From: Thermoproteota archaeon
GTDB lineage: Archaea; Korarchaeota; JAOZGF01; JAOZFZ01
Length of the DNA: 64,000 nucleotides
Assembly (NCBI GenBank): GCA_027492035.1
Contig: JAOZFT010000004.1
Location: 320,001-384,000, forward strand
Direction of reading: 5' to 3'
This document shows positions 20,211 through 29,013 of this stretch, piece by piece (the first letter of the stretch is position 1; every line of letters starts with the position of its first letter). A program made the translations under genes and the position numbers. The notes under the pieces were generated by a model. The model did no database searches and was not told the DNA's origin. It saw nothing but the letters and a program-made list of their open reading frames with translations.

Positions 20211-21308
20211 ATGTTTCAATTAAATATGGATCAAAACTTCATTTATACAATGATATTCATAATTTTCATGATAATCATGACATTTTATGGCCAGAAAATT
20301 CAGTTACTTATCTGGATAGGTGAGATAGAGAAACAGCTTAGGAAACTTCAGAAACTATCTGAAGAAAGCAAGGAAAAACTTGCTGAGGCGCTTTCTAAAT
20401 ACGGAAGAACAAAAAAGGATTTACTGAAAGACATAGAAAAGTTCACAAAATTTTTCATAATCTCCCCCGTGGACTTAGACCCTGCAGGGGTGCTTAAAAG
20501 ACTTGAACATTTACTGGATGTAAGTAAAACTAAAATGGAGGAATATGTCCATATATTAGCCCCGAAAGCAGATGAAGTCCACAGTGACAATTATGAGAAC
20601 ATGTTCGAAGCATGTGCTGCATTGGATTACATCTACAGAATTGTTAGGCATTACCTAATTCTTGGCAAAAAAACCCAAAGCACAATAGTTATAATGCAAA
20701 TCCATATGCAACTTCCACAAATAATGGAAATAGCTAACTCCTACTTTAAAGCTTTAGATTCATTCTCTAAAGGGTTGCCTATAGGGGATGGGATAGGTCC
20801 CTTAGTGGCTTTCCACTTGGCACGTGGATACCCCTACAGAGAAATAGTTGAGGATACAGTAGTTTATGACGCTGCATTTAAGGATAGAAAGCTGTTTGTA
20901 ATTAAGGCTAAAGGTCCAGGGGGGAATGTTGGTAAGCCTGGAGAAGCAGTGAAAAAATTAATTAATGAATTTAAGAAAAAGATAAGTAGAGTTGTTATAA
21001 TTGATGCTGCAGCTAAACTGGAAGGCGAAACAACAGGAGAAATAGCTGAAGGGGTAGGAGCAGCTATAGGGGACCCAGGCCCTGAAAAATACAAAATAGA
21101 GGAATCAATTCGTAAATACAATATACCAATCGACGCTTTAATAATTAAACAGTCTCTCCCTGACGCCATCACAACCATGAAGAAAGAAATAGCTGAAACA
21201 GCTAAAAAGGTCGTTGACAAAGTGAAAGACATAATTCTCTCCAGAACAAAGGAAGGAAATATAGTACTTGTGATAGGGGTAGGTAACACAATCGGAATTG
21301 GGCAATGA
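20211..21308 (+). CDS. DUF1512 family protein
   Basis: PIGDGIGPL, AKGPGGNVGKPG, IDAAAKLEGE, GVGNTIGIGQ. Confidence 0.85.
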   Translation: MFQLNMDQNFIYTMIFIIFMIIMTFYGQKIQLLIWIGEIEKQLRKLQKLSEESKEKLAEALSKYGRTKKDLLKDIEKFTKFFIISPVDLDPAGVLKRLEHLLDVSKTKMEEYVHILAPKADEVHSDNYENMFEACAALDYIYRIVRHYLILGKKTQSTIVIMQIHMQLPQIMEIANSYFKALDSFSKGLPIGDGIGPLVAFHLARGYPYREIVEDTVVYDAAFKDRKLFVIKAKGPGGNVGKPGEAVKKLINEFKKKISRVVIIDAAAKLEGETTGEIAEGVGAAIGDPGPEKYKIEESIRKYNIPIDALIIKQSLPDAITTMKKEIAETAKKVVDKVKDIILSRTKEGNIVLVIGVGNTIGIGQ

Positions 21309-21330
21309 ACCCTTTTTAAAGCGCAAATAG

Positions 21331-21711
21331 GTGGTTGAAATTTCTAAACAAAAACAAAAAATTATGAATTCATTGTTTATAATGTTAATTCTAATCTTTA
21401 TTTTACTTCTCCTCATTCCCTTCCCTAAATTAGGGAATTTAGAGACCGGTCAGTTACAGTCCTTCCTTCTCCTATCAATTATGCTTCTTTTTTCATTTCT
21501 CTTTGTTTACCAAACCATGAATCCATTCAGGAGGAATAAAGAGAAAGAAAAAACAGTTTCCACCTTAAAATGCGTAAATTGCAAATACACTGAACAAACA
21601 GAGTTTGTTGAGGGGCAATACATAGGTGAAATCGTTAAAAAGTGCCCTAAATGCGGAGGCGACGTCATGGTTCAACTGATTTATGTCGAAACAGGAGAGA
21701 AAAAAAGGTAA
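21331..21711 (+). CDS. Membrane protein with C-terminal Zn ribbon
   Basis: Two TM helices, then CVNC...FVEGQYI...CPKCGG. Confidence 0.75.
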   Translation: MVEISKQKQKIMNSLFIMLILIFILLLLIPFPKLGNLETGQLQSFLLLSIMLLFSFLFVYQTMNPFRRNKEKEKTVSTLKCVNCKYTEQTEFVEGQYIGEIVKKCPKCGGDVMVQLIYVETGEKKR

Positions 21712-21721
21712 CATAATTTCT

Positions 21722-22609
21722 TTAAATAAATCTTACACAGCCTTGTTTAGTAACCATTATTGTTGTTTCCCTTTGAGCCACCACCCCCTTCCCGGCTTCA
21801 ACTAACACACCATATCTCTCAACAGCCCCCCTTTTAACAAGGTCCTTCAACACTAAATCAAGGAGCTGAGGCTCAAACTCTTTCTCTAACCAACGGAGAG
21901 CAAAAGGTAAAAAATTGTAACTTGAACGTATATAGTTCAAAACTTTTTCCTCCAATTTACTCCTTGGTTCCATCTTCTTCACCAATCTAAAAATTAAATA
22001 TTTACGAGTTTCTTTCACATATCCTTTACCCACAGTGGCGAAGGGCTCAATCGCATAAACCTCGTTTTCCTTTAATCGGTGAGAAAAAAAGGTTTTAACA
22101 TTAGGTATACTTTTTCCGCCATGAAGAGAGTATCTTTTCAGTAAATGGCCGCTCAAGTTCTGAACAGGCTTAAACCCTTTACTCTTAATTGTTTCTTCAA
22201 TCACCTCCCCAATTTTTCCACTCCGAACTTTAGCCTTAACCGTATCAACAGCTTTTTCAAGAGCTAAAGATGCAGCTTCGACAAGTTCCTTTAAATTGGA
22301 GTTAAAATTAAAGGTCCATGCTGAATCAATTATGTATCCATTAACGTGGGCTCCAATGTCTACTTTCACCACATCCCTTGGTTTAATAACGGTTTCGTCA
22401 TTTAGTGAGGGGGAATAATGGGCAGCGACTTCGTTTATTGAAATATTTACTGGAAAAGCAGGTTTCCCCCCTTCCTCAATGATCTTCTGTTCAATTCTTT
22501 CTGCAATGTCCAAAATCCTTGTGTTAGGCTTAATGTTTCTTTTTTCTTCTTCCAGAGAAACCTTAATTATCCTCGCAGCTTCTTTGTAATACCTTATCTT
22601 TTCAAGCAT
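21722..22609 (-). CDS. map: Type II methionine aminopeptidase
   Basis: PAFPVNISINEVAAHYSP, KVDIGAHVNGYIID, NLSGH, AIEPF. Confidence 0.97.
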   Translation of the reverse strand: MLEKIRYYKEAARIIKVSLEEEKRNIKPNTRILDIAERIEQKIIEEGGKPAFPVNISINEVAAHYSPSLNDETVIKPRDVVKVDIGAHVNGYIIDSAWTFNFNSNLKELVEAASLALEKAVDTVKAKVRSGKIGEVIEETIKSKGFKPVQNLSGHLLKRYSLHGGKSIPNVKTFFSHRLKENEVYAIEPFATVGKGYVKETRKYLIFRLVKKMEPRSKLEEKVLNYIRSSYNFLPFALRWLEKEFEPQLLDLVLKDLVKRGAVERYGVLVEAGKGVVAQRETTIMVTKQGCVRFI

Positions 22610-22850
22610 CACTTCCTCACCGGCTCCAAGGAATACTAAAAAAAGTTTTTTAAGGAGGAGAAACTAAAAATTTATTAAATAGAATTCATTTTCTCCCTAA
22701 TAAAAGGAGTTTTTAAAAAGTTTGGAATCATGTAAAAACGTTTGGAAATTCTTTAAAATGTTTTGGAAGGAGCAGAAATTTCTCTCCTTTACTAACTTTT
22801 CCAACTTTCCGTTTAAGTTGTTTTTACAGTGAACAGGATAGTGGCGTGCG

Positions 22851-23342
22851 TTGAAAAAAACTAAAAACGAAGAAATTGAGGAGTTGCTTGAGTTCCTTCA
22901 GGAACTAAGGGAAGAAATAGTTGGGAAACAAGTTGTAATGGTAGTGGAAGGTAAAAAGGATAAGTTGTCTTTTGAAGAGATAGGGTTTAAAGGAACCTAT
23001 CTATTAACAAACGGCTCCTTCCACCGAACCAATTACCTCATGGAAAAGTACATAGAGAAGGGGTTCTCTTTCCTCATCCTTTCAGACTTTGATGAAGAGG
23101 GGGAGAAAATAAAAGAGGAAGTGATCAATTACATTGATTCCAGAGCTGAAGTAAGATTAGACCTGAGAAGAAAACTTAAGAAAGTAATTTTAAACGCAAA
23201 GGCTCCCTGTACAATAGAGTCCCTCTCCAACTGGTTAATTAAAAGAAGGGTTGGTGGAAGAAGCGAAGGAGGTAAAGGAACAAATAAAGGTGATGTTTAT
23301 GAACGAGTCATTTTCTACGGTGAAGTATGTAGCCAAATTTAA
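22851..23342 (+). CDS. Small TOPRIM-domain protein
   Basis: VVEGKKD and ILSDFDEEGE motifs; overlaps dnaG start. Confidence 0.85.
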   Translation: MKKTKNEEIEELLEFLQELREEIVGKQVVMVVEGKKDKLSFEEIGFKGTYLLTNGSFHRTNYLMEKYIEKGFSFLILSDFDEEGEKIKEEVINYIDSRAEVRLDLRRKLKKVILNAKAPCTIESLSNWLIKRRVGGRSEGGKGTNKGDVYERVIFYGEVCSQI

Positions 23343-24489
23343 CCTTAACGTTAACGGTGTAGTTGAAAAACCAGACGTTGTAGGAGCTATTTTTGGACAG
23401 CTTGAAGGGTTCCTAGGTAGGGAATTAGACTTAAGAGAGCTTCAAAGAACAGGAAGAATAGGCAGAATCGATGTTTTCCTACAGTCGAAAGGAGGAAAAA
23501 CGAAAGGAACAATAGTTATACCCTCAAGTCTGGGAAAAACAGAAACAGCTATAATTGCAGCTGCAGTTGAAATGGTGGACAAAATAGGTCCATGTCTGGC
23601 TCAAATAAAACTTGAAGAAATAGTGGATGTGAGGCAAGAAAAGAAGAACCTAATCAAAAAAAGAGCAATAGAAATTCTTGAACAATGGGAGAAAAAGGAA
23701 AAGGTGAAAATTGAAAATTTACTTCAAGAAATAGAGGACTCAATAAGGACACGTGAAATAATTTCTTATGGACCTGAAAAACTCCCTGCAGGACCAGACA
23801 TAGAAAACTCGAACGAAATAATAGTGGTTGAAGGAAGAGCAGACGTAATAAACCTTCTTAAACACGGGATAAGGAACACTGTAGCAGTGGAAGGAACAAG
23901 TATACCGAAAACGGTTCAAGAAATCACTAAGAGGAAGAGAACAACTGCTTTTCTCGATGGAGATAGAGGAGGAGAACTTATACTGAAAGAACTTCTTCAA
24001 GTGGCAAGTGTAGACTACGTAGCTTTCGCTCCTCCAGGAAAAATGGTTGAAGAATTATCAGAGAAAGAAATAATTTCATGTTTGAAAAACAGGATCCCAA
24101 TTGACCAGTACCTAAAACAAAAGGGGAAGACTCAGCTTAAAGCCTTAACAGAGAAACGTTTTAAAGGAGGCAAACCTACACATTTAAATAAATTAATAGA
24201 GAAGACAGTGGGAACCTTTAAACTCTTCTGTTTAAATAAAAACTTCCACATTTTAAAAGAAATCCCTATAGAACCTGATGAAATAGAGAAAGCTGTAAAT
24301 GAAACAAAACCAGCAGCAATATTTATCGACGGAATAATTACCCAAAGATTAGTTAATTTAGCGGCGCAAAACAGTGTAAAACTTGTTGCAGGGGTCAAGA
24401 AAGGGGACTTAACAAAAATCCCCTACCCCCTAAAAATATACACCTTTGATGAAATAGTGTCAAGAAATTTAGACCTAAAACTTGAGTGA
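23293..24489 (+). CDS. dnaG: Archaeal DnaG (exosome-associated)
   Basis: GVVEKPDVVGAIFGQ, VEGRADV, FLDGDRGG; start 23293 or 23299. Confidence 0.95.
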   Translation: MFMNESFSTVKYVAKFNLNVNGVVEKPDVVGAIFGQLEGFLGRELDLRELQRTGRIGRIDVFLQSKGGKTKGTIVIPSSLGKTETAIIAAAVEMVDKIGPCLAQIKLEEIVDVRQEKKNLIKKRAIEILEQWEKKEKVKIENLLQEIEDSIRTREIISYGPEKLPAGPDIENSNEIIVVEGRADVINLLKHGIRNTVAVEGTSIPKTVQEITKRKRTTAFLDGDRGGELILKELLQVASVDYVAFAPPGKMVEELSEKEIISCLKNRIPIDQYLKQKGKTQLKALTEKRFKGGKPTHLNKLIEKTVGTFKLFCLNKNFHILKEIPIEPDEIEKAVNETKPAAIFIDGIITQRLVNLAAQNSVKLVAGVKKGDLTKIPYPLKIYTFDEIVSRNLDLKLE

Positions 24490-24513
24490 CAACCAAAAAA
24501 ATGAAGTAAGCCA

Positions 24514-25596
24514 GTGTCCCACTTGAAAATAATCAGCTTCGACGAAAAAGGGGGAGAAGTCACACTTAAACCTGAAACTTTAGAAGATTTTTTTCACTTG
24601 TATTTCATAATAGAGAAAGAGGACTTAGTAAGAGCTGAAACAAAAAGGAAAATTTCCCTAAACAAGGAAATTCAAAGGAAACCACAAACAAAAATAGTAT
24701 CCACAACTTTGTCGGTGAAAGTAGAAACAGTGGAATACCACGAATACATGAAAAGTTTAAGAATTAAAGGAAGGGTTGTTGAGGACCCGCAAAACCTGGG
24801 AATCAAGGGAGCCTACCACACTTTAAACCTTAAACTACATAAACCCTTAACGCTGAAAAAGAAGAAATGGTTCAATTACCAAATTGAAAGACTTAGGAAA
24901 GCTGAAAAAGAAACATTGGAGCAACCAATAATTATTTCAGTTGCTGACATGGACCAGTGCAACATAGGAATCCTAACAGGGAAAGGAATAAACCGGGTTT
25001 CAACAATTTATTCCCATCTTTCTCACAACAAAATGAACAAAGAAAGAGTAAGTGAAAAAAGGAAATACTTTTCAGAAATAAAGAAGGAAATAATGAAATT
25101 AATAAGTTCACATGACACTGAAAAAGTAGTAGTAGCTGGCCCCGGATTCGTTAAAGAGGAGTTAGCCTTCTACCTCAAAAAAGAAATCAAGGAAGTAAAG
25201 GTTTGGGTTTACTCAACAACCTCAGCAACCACTGCAGCCTTCCAAGAAATCCTTAAATCAAACTATTTACAAAAAATATTTAAAGAAATGAAAGTTTTTG
25301 AAGAAAACAAAGAAGTTCAGGAATTCCTGAAAGAACTGGTTAAAAGGGAAAAGAAAGTAACTTACGGGTTAAAACAAGTTAAAGAGGCAGCAAACCTGGG
25401 GGCAGTCAAGAAAATCCTTGTTTCAGAAACAATGTTTAGGAAGGGGGGGTTTGACTTCAGAGAAGAAATCGAAACATTAATTGAAAAAGTTGAGAAGAAA
25501 GGAGGTAAAGTTGTGATTATTAGTGAGGGACATGAAGCCTCAAACTACCTTAAAAGCCTGGGAGGAATAGCTGCTTTTCTCAGGTTTCCCGTCTAA
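24514..25596 (+). CDS. pelA: Pelota/Dom34
   Basis: PETLEDFFHLY, GAYHTLNL, AGPGFVKE, LGGIAAFLRF. Confidence 0.95.
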   Translation: MSHLKIISFDEKGGEVTLKPETLEDFFHLYFIIEKEDLVRAETKRKISLNKEIQRKPQTKIVSTTLSVKVETVEYHEYMKSLRIKGRVVEDPQNLGIKGAYHTLNLKLHKPLTLKKKKWFNYQIERLRKAEKETLEQPIIISVADMDQCNIGILTGKGINRVSTIYSHLSHNKMNKERVSEKRKYFSEIKKEIMKLISSHDTEKVVVAGPGFVKEELAFYLKKEIKEVKVWVYSTTSATTAAFQEILKSNYLQKIFKEMKVFEENKEVQEFLKELVKREKKVTYGLKQVKEAANLGAVKKILVSETMFRKGGFDFREEIETLIEKVEKKGGKVVIISEGHEASNYLKSLGGIAAFLRFPV

Positions 25597-25602
25597 AATT
25601 CC

Positions 25603-26616
25603 CTAGAGAGGCTCAGCTAAGTAAATTCCATCCTTATTAGTTAAAACCCTAACCCTTATTTTCTCCCCTACCTCTGCTTCACAATTAACCACACTTACAA
25701 CCCTACCTTTCCCGACAGCTATTACTTCCCCTCTAACCCAGCCAGGCCCTACAACTTCCACACTAACTTTTTCAAACCTTTTGAAAACAATAGGGACCCT
25801 CCATTTAGTTTTATGTATCCCAAAATCCTCTCTTCTCAAAACAAGTTTAGCCCCATATTTTTTTTCAAGAGTTCTTAAAACACGATAAAACTTAAACCAG
25901 CTCCAGGGTTTAACACCTTTAACTTTCCTCCCTAACTTATAAACCTCATACTTCTGAATACCTAACCCTGGCCACTTCTTTCCAGCCCCAACCTTTAAAG
26001 CATACTCTATTACCCTTTCTATTTCTGGATCATTTAATCCAGGAACCCAAACTGGTGCAATCAATAAATCAATTCCACTTTTAACTACTTCTTCAGCTAA
26101 ATCAAGAACTTTTCTTAAGTTGTAAACCTTGCTCCCCACCATCTTCTTGGCTAAATCCTCATTTAAGGAATCAATTGAAAGGTTCAGCCTGGACAAGCCA
26201 CTTTTATCTAGTTCCTCTACCTCGTCAACTTTAATTAATGTTCCACGGGTCTGGGCTGAAATAACCTTTACACCATCTATTCTGCTTATGTCCTTGATAA
26301 GTTTCTTTATTTCAGAGTAAAGAAATGGTTCTCCTGCACCGTCAATATGAACCTCTACATCCTCAACTCCTTTACACTTAACTACTTCCTCCACACCCTG
26401 AACCAAATACTCCCTATCAACCTCATAAATAGTTTGTCTAGTTTTTGAGAAGGGGCCTTCATCCACTGAACAAAATACACAGTTAAAAACACATCCAGAT
26501 CTAGGCCTCACTTGAATAAGGTTAGTTCCCCTATCTATTACACCAAAAGCTATTGCCCCATACAGAGGCACTCCATCTTCTTCCCTCACTCTGAAAAAGA
26601 ACCTTTTCTCCTTCAT
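25603..26616 (-). CDS. Conserved archaeal radical SAM protein with C-terminal TRAM-like domain
   Basis: FGVIDRGTNLIQVRP, CVFNCVFCSVD (CxxxCxxC), HIDGAGEP. Confidence 0.9.
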   Translation of the reverse strand: MKEKRFFFRVREEDGVPLYGAIAFGVIDRGTNLIQVRPRSGCVFNCVFCSVDEGPFSKTRQTIYEVDREYLVQGVEEVVKCKGVEDVEVHIDGAGEPFLYSEIKKLIKDISRIDGVKVISAQTRGTLIKVDEVEELDKSGLSRLNLSIDSLNEDLAKKMVGSKVYNLRKVLDLAEEVVKSGIDLLIAPVWVPGLNDPEIERVIEYALKVGAGKKWPGLGIQKYEVYKLGRKVKGVKPWSWFKFYRVLRTLEKKYGAKLVLRREDFGIHKTKWRVPIVFKRFEKVSVEVVGPGWVRGEVIAVGKGRVVSVVNCEAEVGEKIRVRVLTNKDGIYLAEPL

Positions 26617-26812
26617 CCCTCACCTTACCAACAAAACTTTCTACAAAGAAGGAAAAAAATGAAACAATTCCTTTCTGCAACACTAAACTTCCTTAAAAAT
26701 TAAAAATAAACATAAAATTGAAAAATCATTTTTTTCTAAAATGTTAAAGAACTTCAAAAACTCTTTTTACGAACAGGTATTTTAACCTTTTCAAACGGTT
26801 GGCTGCAGAGAA

Positions 26813-27625
26813 ATGATGTGTTCAATCTGCAAAAGAAGAAAAGCTGAAACAAAAATAAAATATTCAAACCTTCACTTATGTCCAGTTTGTTTCCGAAAAC
26901 TTATCGAGAAAAGAGCTAGGGAAACAATCAATAAATCAGAAAAACTGGAAAGAACAGACAAAATAAAACTGCTTCTACACCCAACAAAAAAGGCGCAAGC
27001 CCTACTCCGCTTAATCACTCCAATAGAGAAAAGATACTATAGGCAGTTTCCTCAACAAAAAATAGGGCAGAAAATAAAAGTGGATTTCATTTTCTTCACC
27101 AACCTAAGAAAAACAGATGGTCTTACCCAGAAAAAGATTTTTAATGAAGTGAAAAATTTTTGTTTAAGTGAAGGGTTAGAAATAAATTTACATTACAAAA
27201 AGAAACCAGTAAACCGGAAGAGTTTAAGGAAAAAGGTTATGGAGGTAAGTGAAGAAATAACTAGGGGCCCTAAAGAAAAACTGATGCTTCCCATAAACTT
27301 AGACGATGTAATTACAGACTTCCTATACTCTGCCTTTACCAACTCGGAAGAACCCTTTAAAACAACACTTGAAACATTAAAAATGGAAAAAATCATTCAT
27401 CCCATGTTGAAGATACCGGATGAAGAAATAGAGCAATACCTAAAAACACTCAACATAGAAACAGGGAAAGAATTAGAAACAGACAAGTTAACACAGAAAA
27501 TAAAGGACATAATAAATTATTTAGAGAAAGAAAAACCCGGAACAAAATTTTTAACCCTGAAAACACTGCAAGAAACATTTCTAAACCAGGAAAAGGGAAG
27601 AAACAAGGGAAGTAACAAAGATTAA
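26813..27625 (+). CDS. Degenerate TtuA/Ncs6 (PP-loop) family protein
   Basis: N-terminal CSIC...LCPVCF, NLDD, IHPMLKIPDEEIEQY, LEKEKPGTKF retained; SGGKDS and central CxxC absent. Confidence 0.75.
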   Translation: MMCSICKRRKAETKIKYSNLHLCPVCFRKLIEKRARETINKSEKLERTDKIKLLLHPTKKAQALLRLITPIEKRYYRQFPQQKIGQKIKVDFIFFTNLRKTDGLTQKKIFNEVKNFCLSEGLEINLHYKKKPVNRKSLRKKVMEVSEEITRGPKEKLMLPINLDDVITDFLYSAFTNSEEPFKTTLETLKMEKIIHPMLKIPDEEIEQYLKTLNIETGKELETDKLTQKIKDIINYLEKEKPGTKFLTLKTLQETFLNQEKGRNKGSNKD

Positions 27626-27677
27626 ATGGAAAAAATTTATAAAAAGGGGAAGGAATGAATAGAAAAGGGTGGAGAGA

Positions 27678-27989
27678 CAGGGGATAGGTAGGGGGCTCGG
27701 GGTCCCCTGAACCGTAAACCCTCGAAACGACGGGCCGAATGCTGCTGCGGTGAATCCTTCGCCTGTACAAAGCATCAGCTTAGGAGAAATGAAAACAGTC
27801 ACCCTTGGGGGCAGCGGAGCTAACCCAGTTTCCGGAGGGAAACAAAAGGGTTAGTTGAGCTGAGGGGAAAAAGCCAGGCCTGGAAAGGAGCAACTTAAAC
27901 CCTCTAACGCTGCCGCTCAAGGGAGAGGCTGCAGATCTCCAAGTTGATGCCGAGTGCAGCTGAAGGTTTTGCTGCAGTAGAATCCCCTG
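27678..27989 (+). ncRNA. ffs: SRP (7S) RNA
   Basis: Alu-like 5' GGGGGCTCGGGGTCCCCTGAACC, helix 8 GCCAGGCCTGGAAAGGAGCAAC, terminal CAGGGGAT/ATCCCCTG; ~310 nt. Confidence 0.92.
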
Positions 27990-27997
27990 CTCCAAAA

Positions 27998-28082
27998 GCC
28001 GGGGTACTCCAGCCAGGTAGGAGGCGGGCCTGCTAAGCCCGTGGCTCTTGGAGCCTCGTGGGTTCAAATCCCACCCCCGGCG
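27998..28082 (+). tRNA. tRNA-Ser(GCT), no intron
   Basis: Type II cloverleaf, G73. Confidence 0.95.
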
Positions 28083-28129
28083 TAAACTGCTTCTTAAAAC
28101 CTAAACAATATGCATGTTCTATGAGACTT

Positions 28130-28440
28130 AACATTTCCTATTCTCTCCCCCTTTCTTTCTTCTGGTTTCGTTAGAATGTTTTCGGGAACATAACTTGGCT
28201 TTTGAAGTTCATTTATGGAAGCCCCATCTGTAAAGTCTTCCATTCATCCTTTTCAAGTATCTAATTTCCCTTCTAATTTTTTTTGAGATTTTCCAACATT
28301 ATTATAGAACCTAGTTTCAAAGCTTCTTTAACACAAAAGCCACAACCTTACGGTAAATATACAAAATCCTATTTGTTTCCCTTCCACCATGCCTTAGACA
28401 GCAAATTTTTCCTCTTCTTTCCAACTTTAATTTCCCATTC
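28130..28440 (-). pseudogene. tnpB: Decayed TnpB (IS200/IS605/IS607 OrfB) fragment
   Basis: Frameshifted KVGKKRKNLLSK/HGGRETNRILYIYRKVV/VKEALKLGSIIMLENLK/IRREIRYLKRMNGRLYRWGFHK*TSKAKL resembles the bridge-helix/RuvC-II region; ends approximate. Confidence 0.8.
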
Positions 28441-29013
28441 CTTAATCCACTTCCAAAGTGTTCTATCAATTGTTTCTCAAAATCAGACATAATACACATA
28501 AAGAGATAAACAATCTTATAAACTTAGTTATTTCAACATTCCAAAACTGCTGACTTACCCTGAAAAGACTGTTCTTAAAGGCAAAACCTTTCCTCCCCTA
28601 AAAAATGAAAAATTAACCTCTTTAAAGTTCCCTTTTTTCCTTTTGCTTTTCCTTTCGCAATTCATTAACTGACTTACCATGTTTCGTCAAAAAACTAATA
28701 ATGAGCCTTTAAAACACAAAACCCCAGAAAGCCTCCACTTACTAAAAAAACATTTATTTTTCGCCGATTTAAACAATCCAAGTTTCTAAGGAACCAATCC
28801 ACTTTAATCAGTAATTCTTTCTCCTTAAAAAACATTAAGAAACATTAACAAACGACAAACTACTCCTTACCAAAAATATTACACAAAAAGAAATAATCGT
28901 TAAAAACAAAAAACAACAGCATAATTTAAAAAAGGAAAAGGGAAAAACTACAGTCAACTTTCCAAGGCCATAAATTTGGCTTTGGAAAGCCACTAAACAA
29001 AAAAGGTGGAAAC

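Noticed and set aside
20035-20223. 62-aa ORF
   Set aside because: Overlaps 5S rRNA
27450-28067. Three minus-strand ORFs
   Set aside because: Antisense to SRP RNA, tRNA-Ser and the upstream CDS
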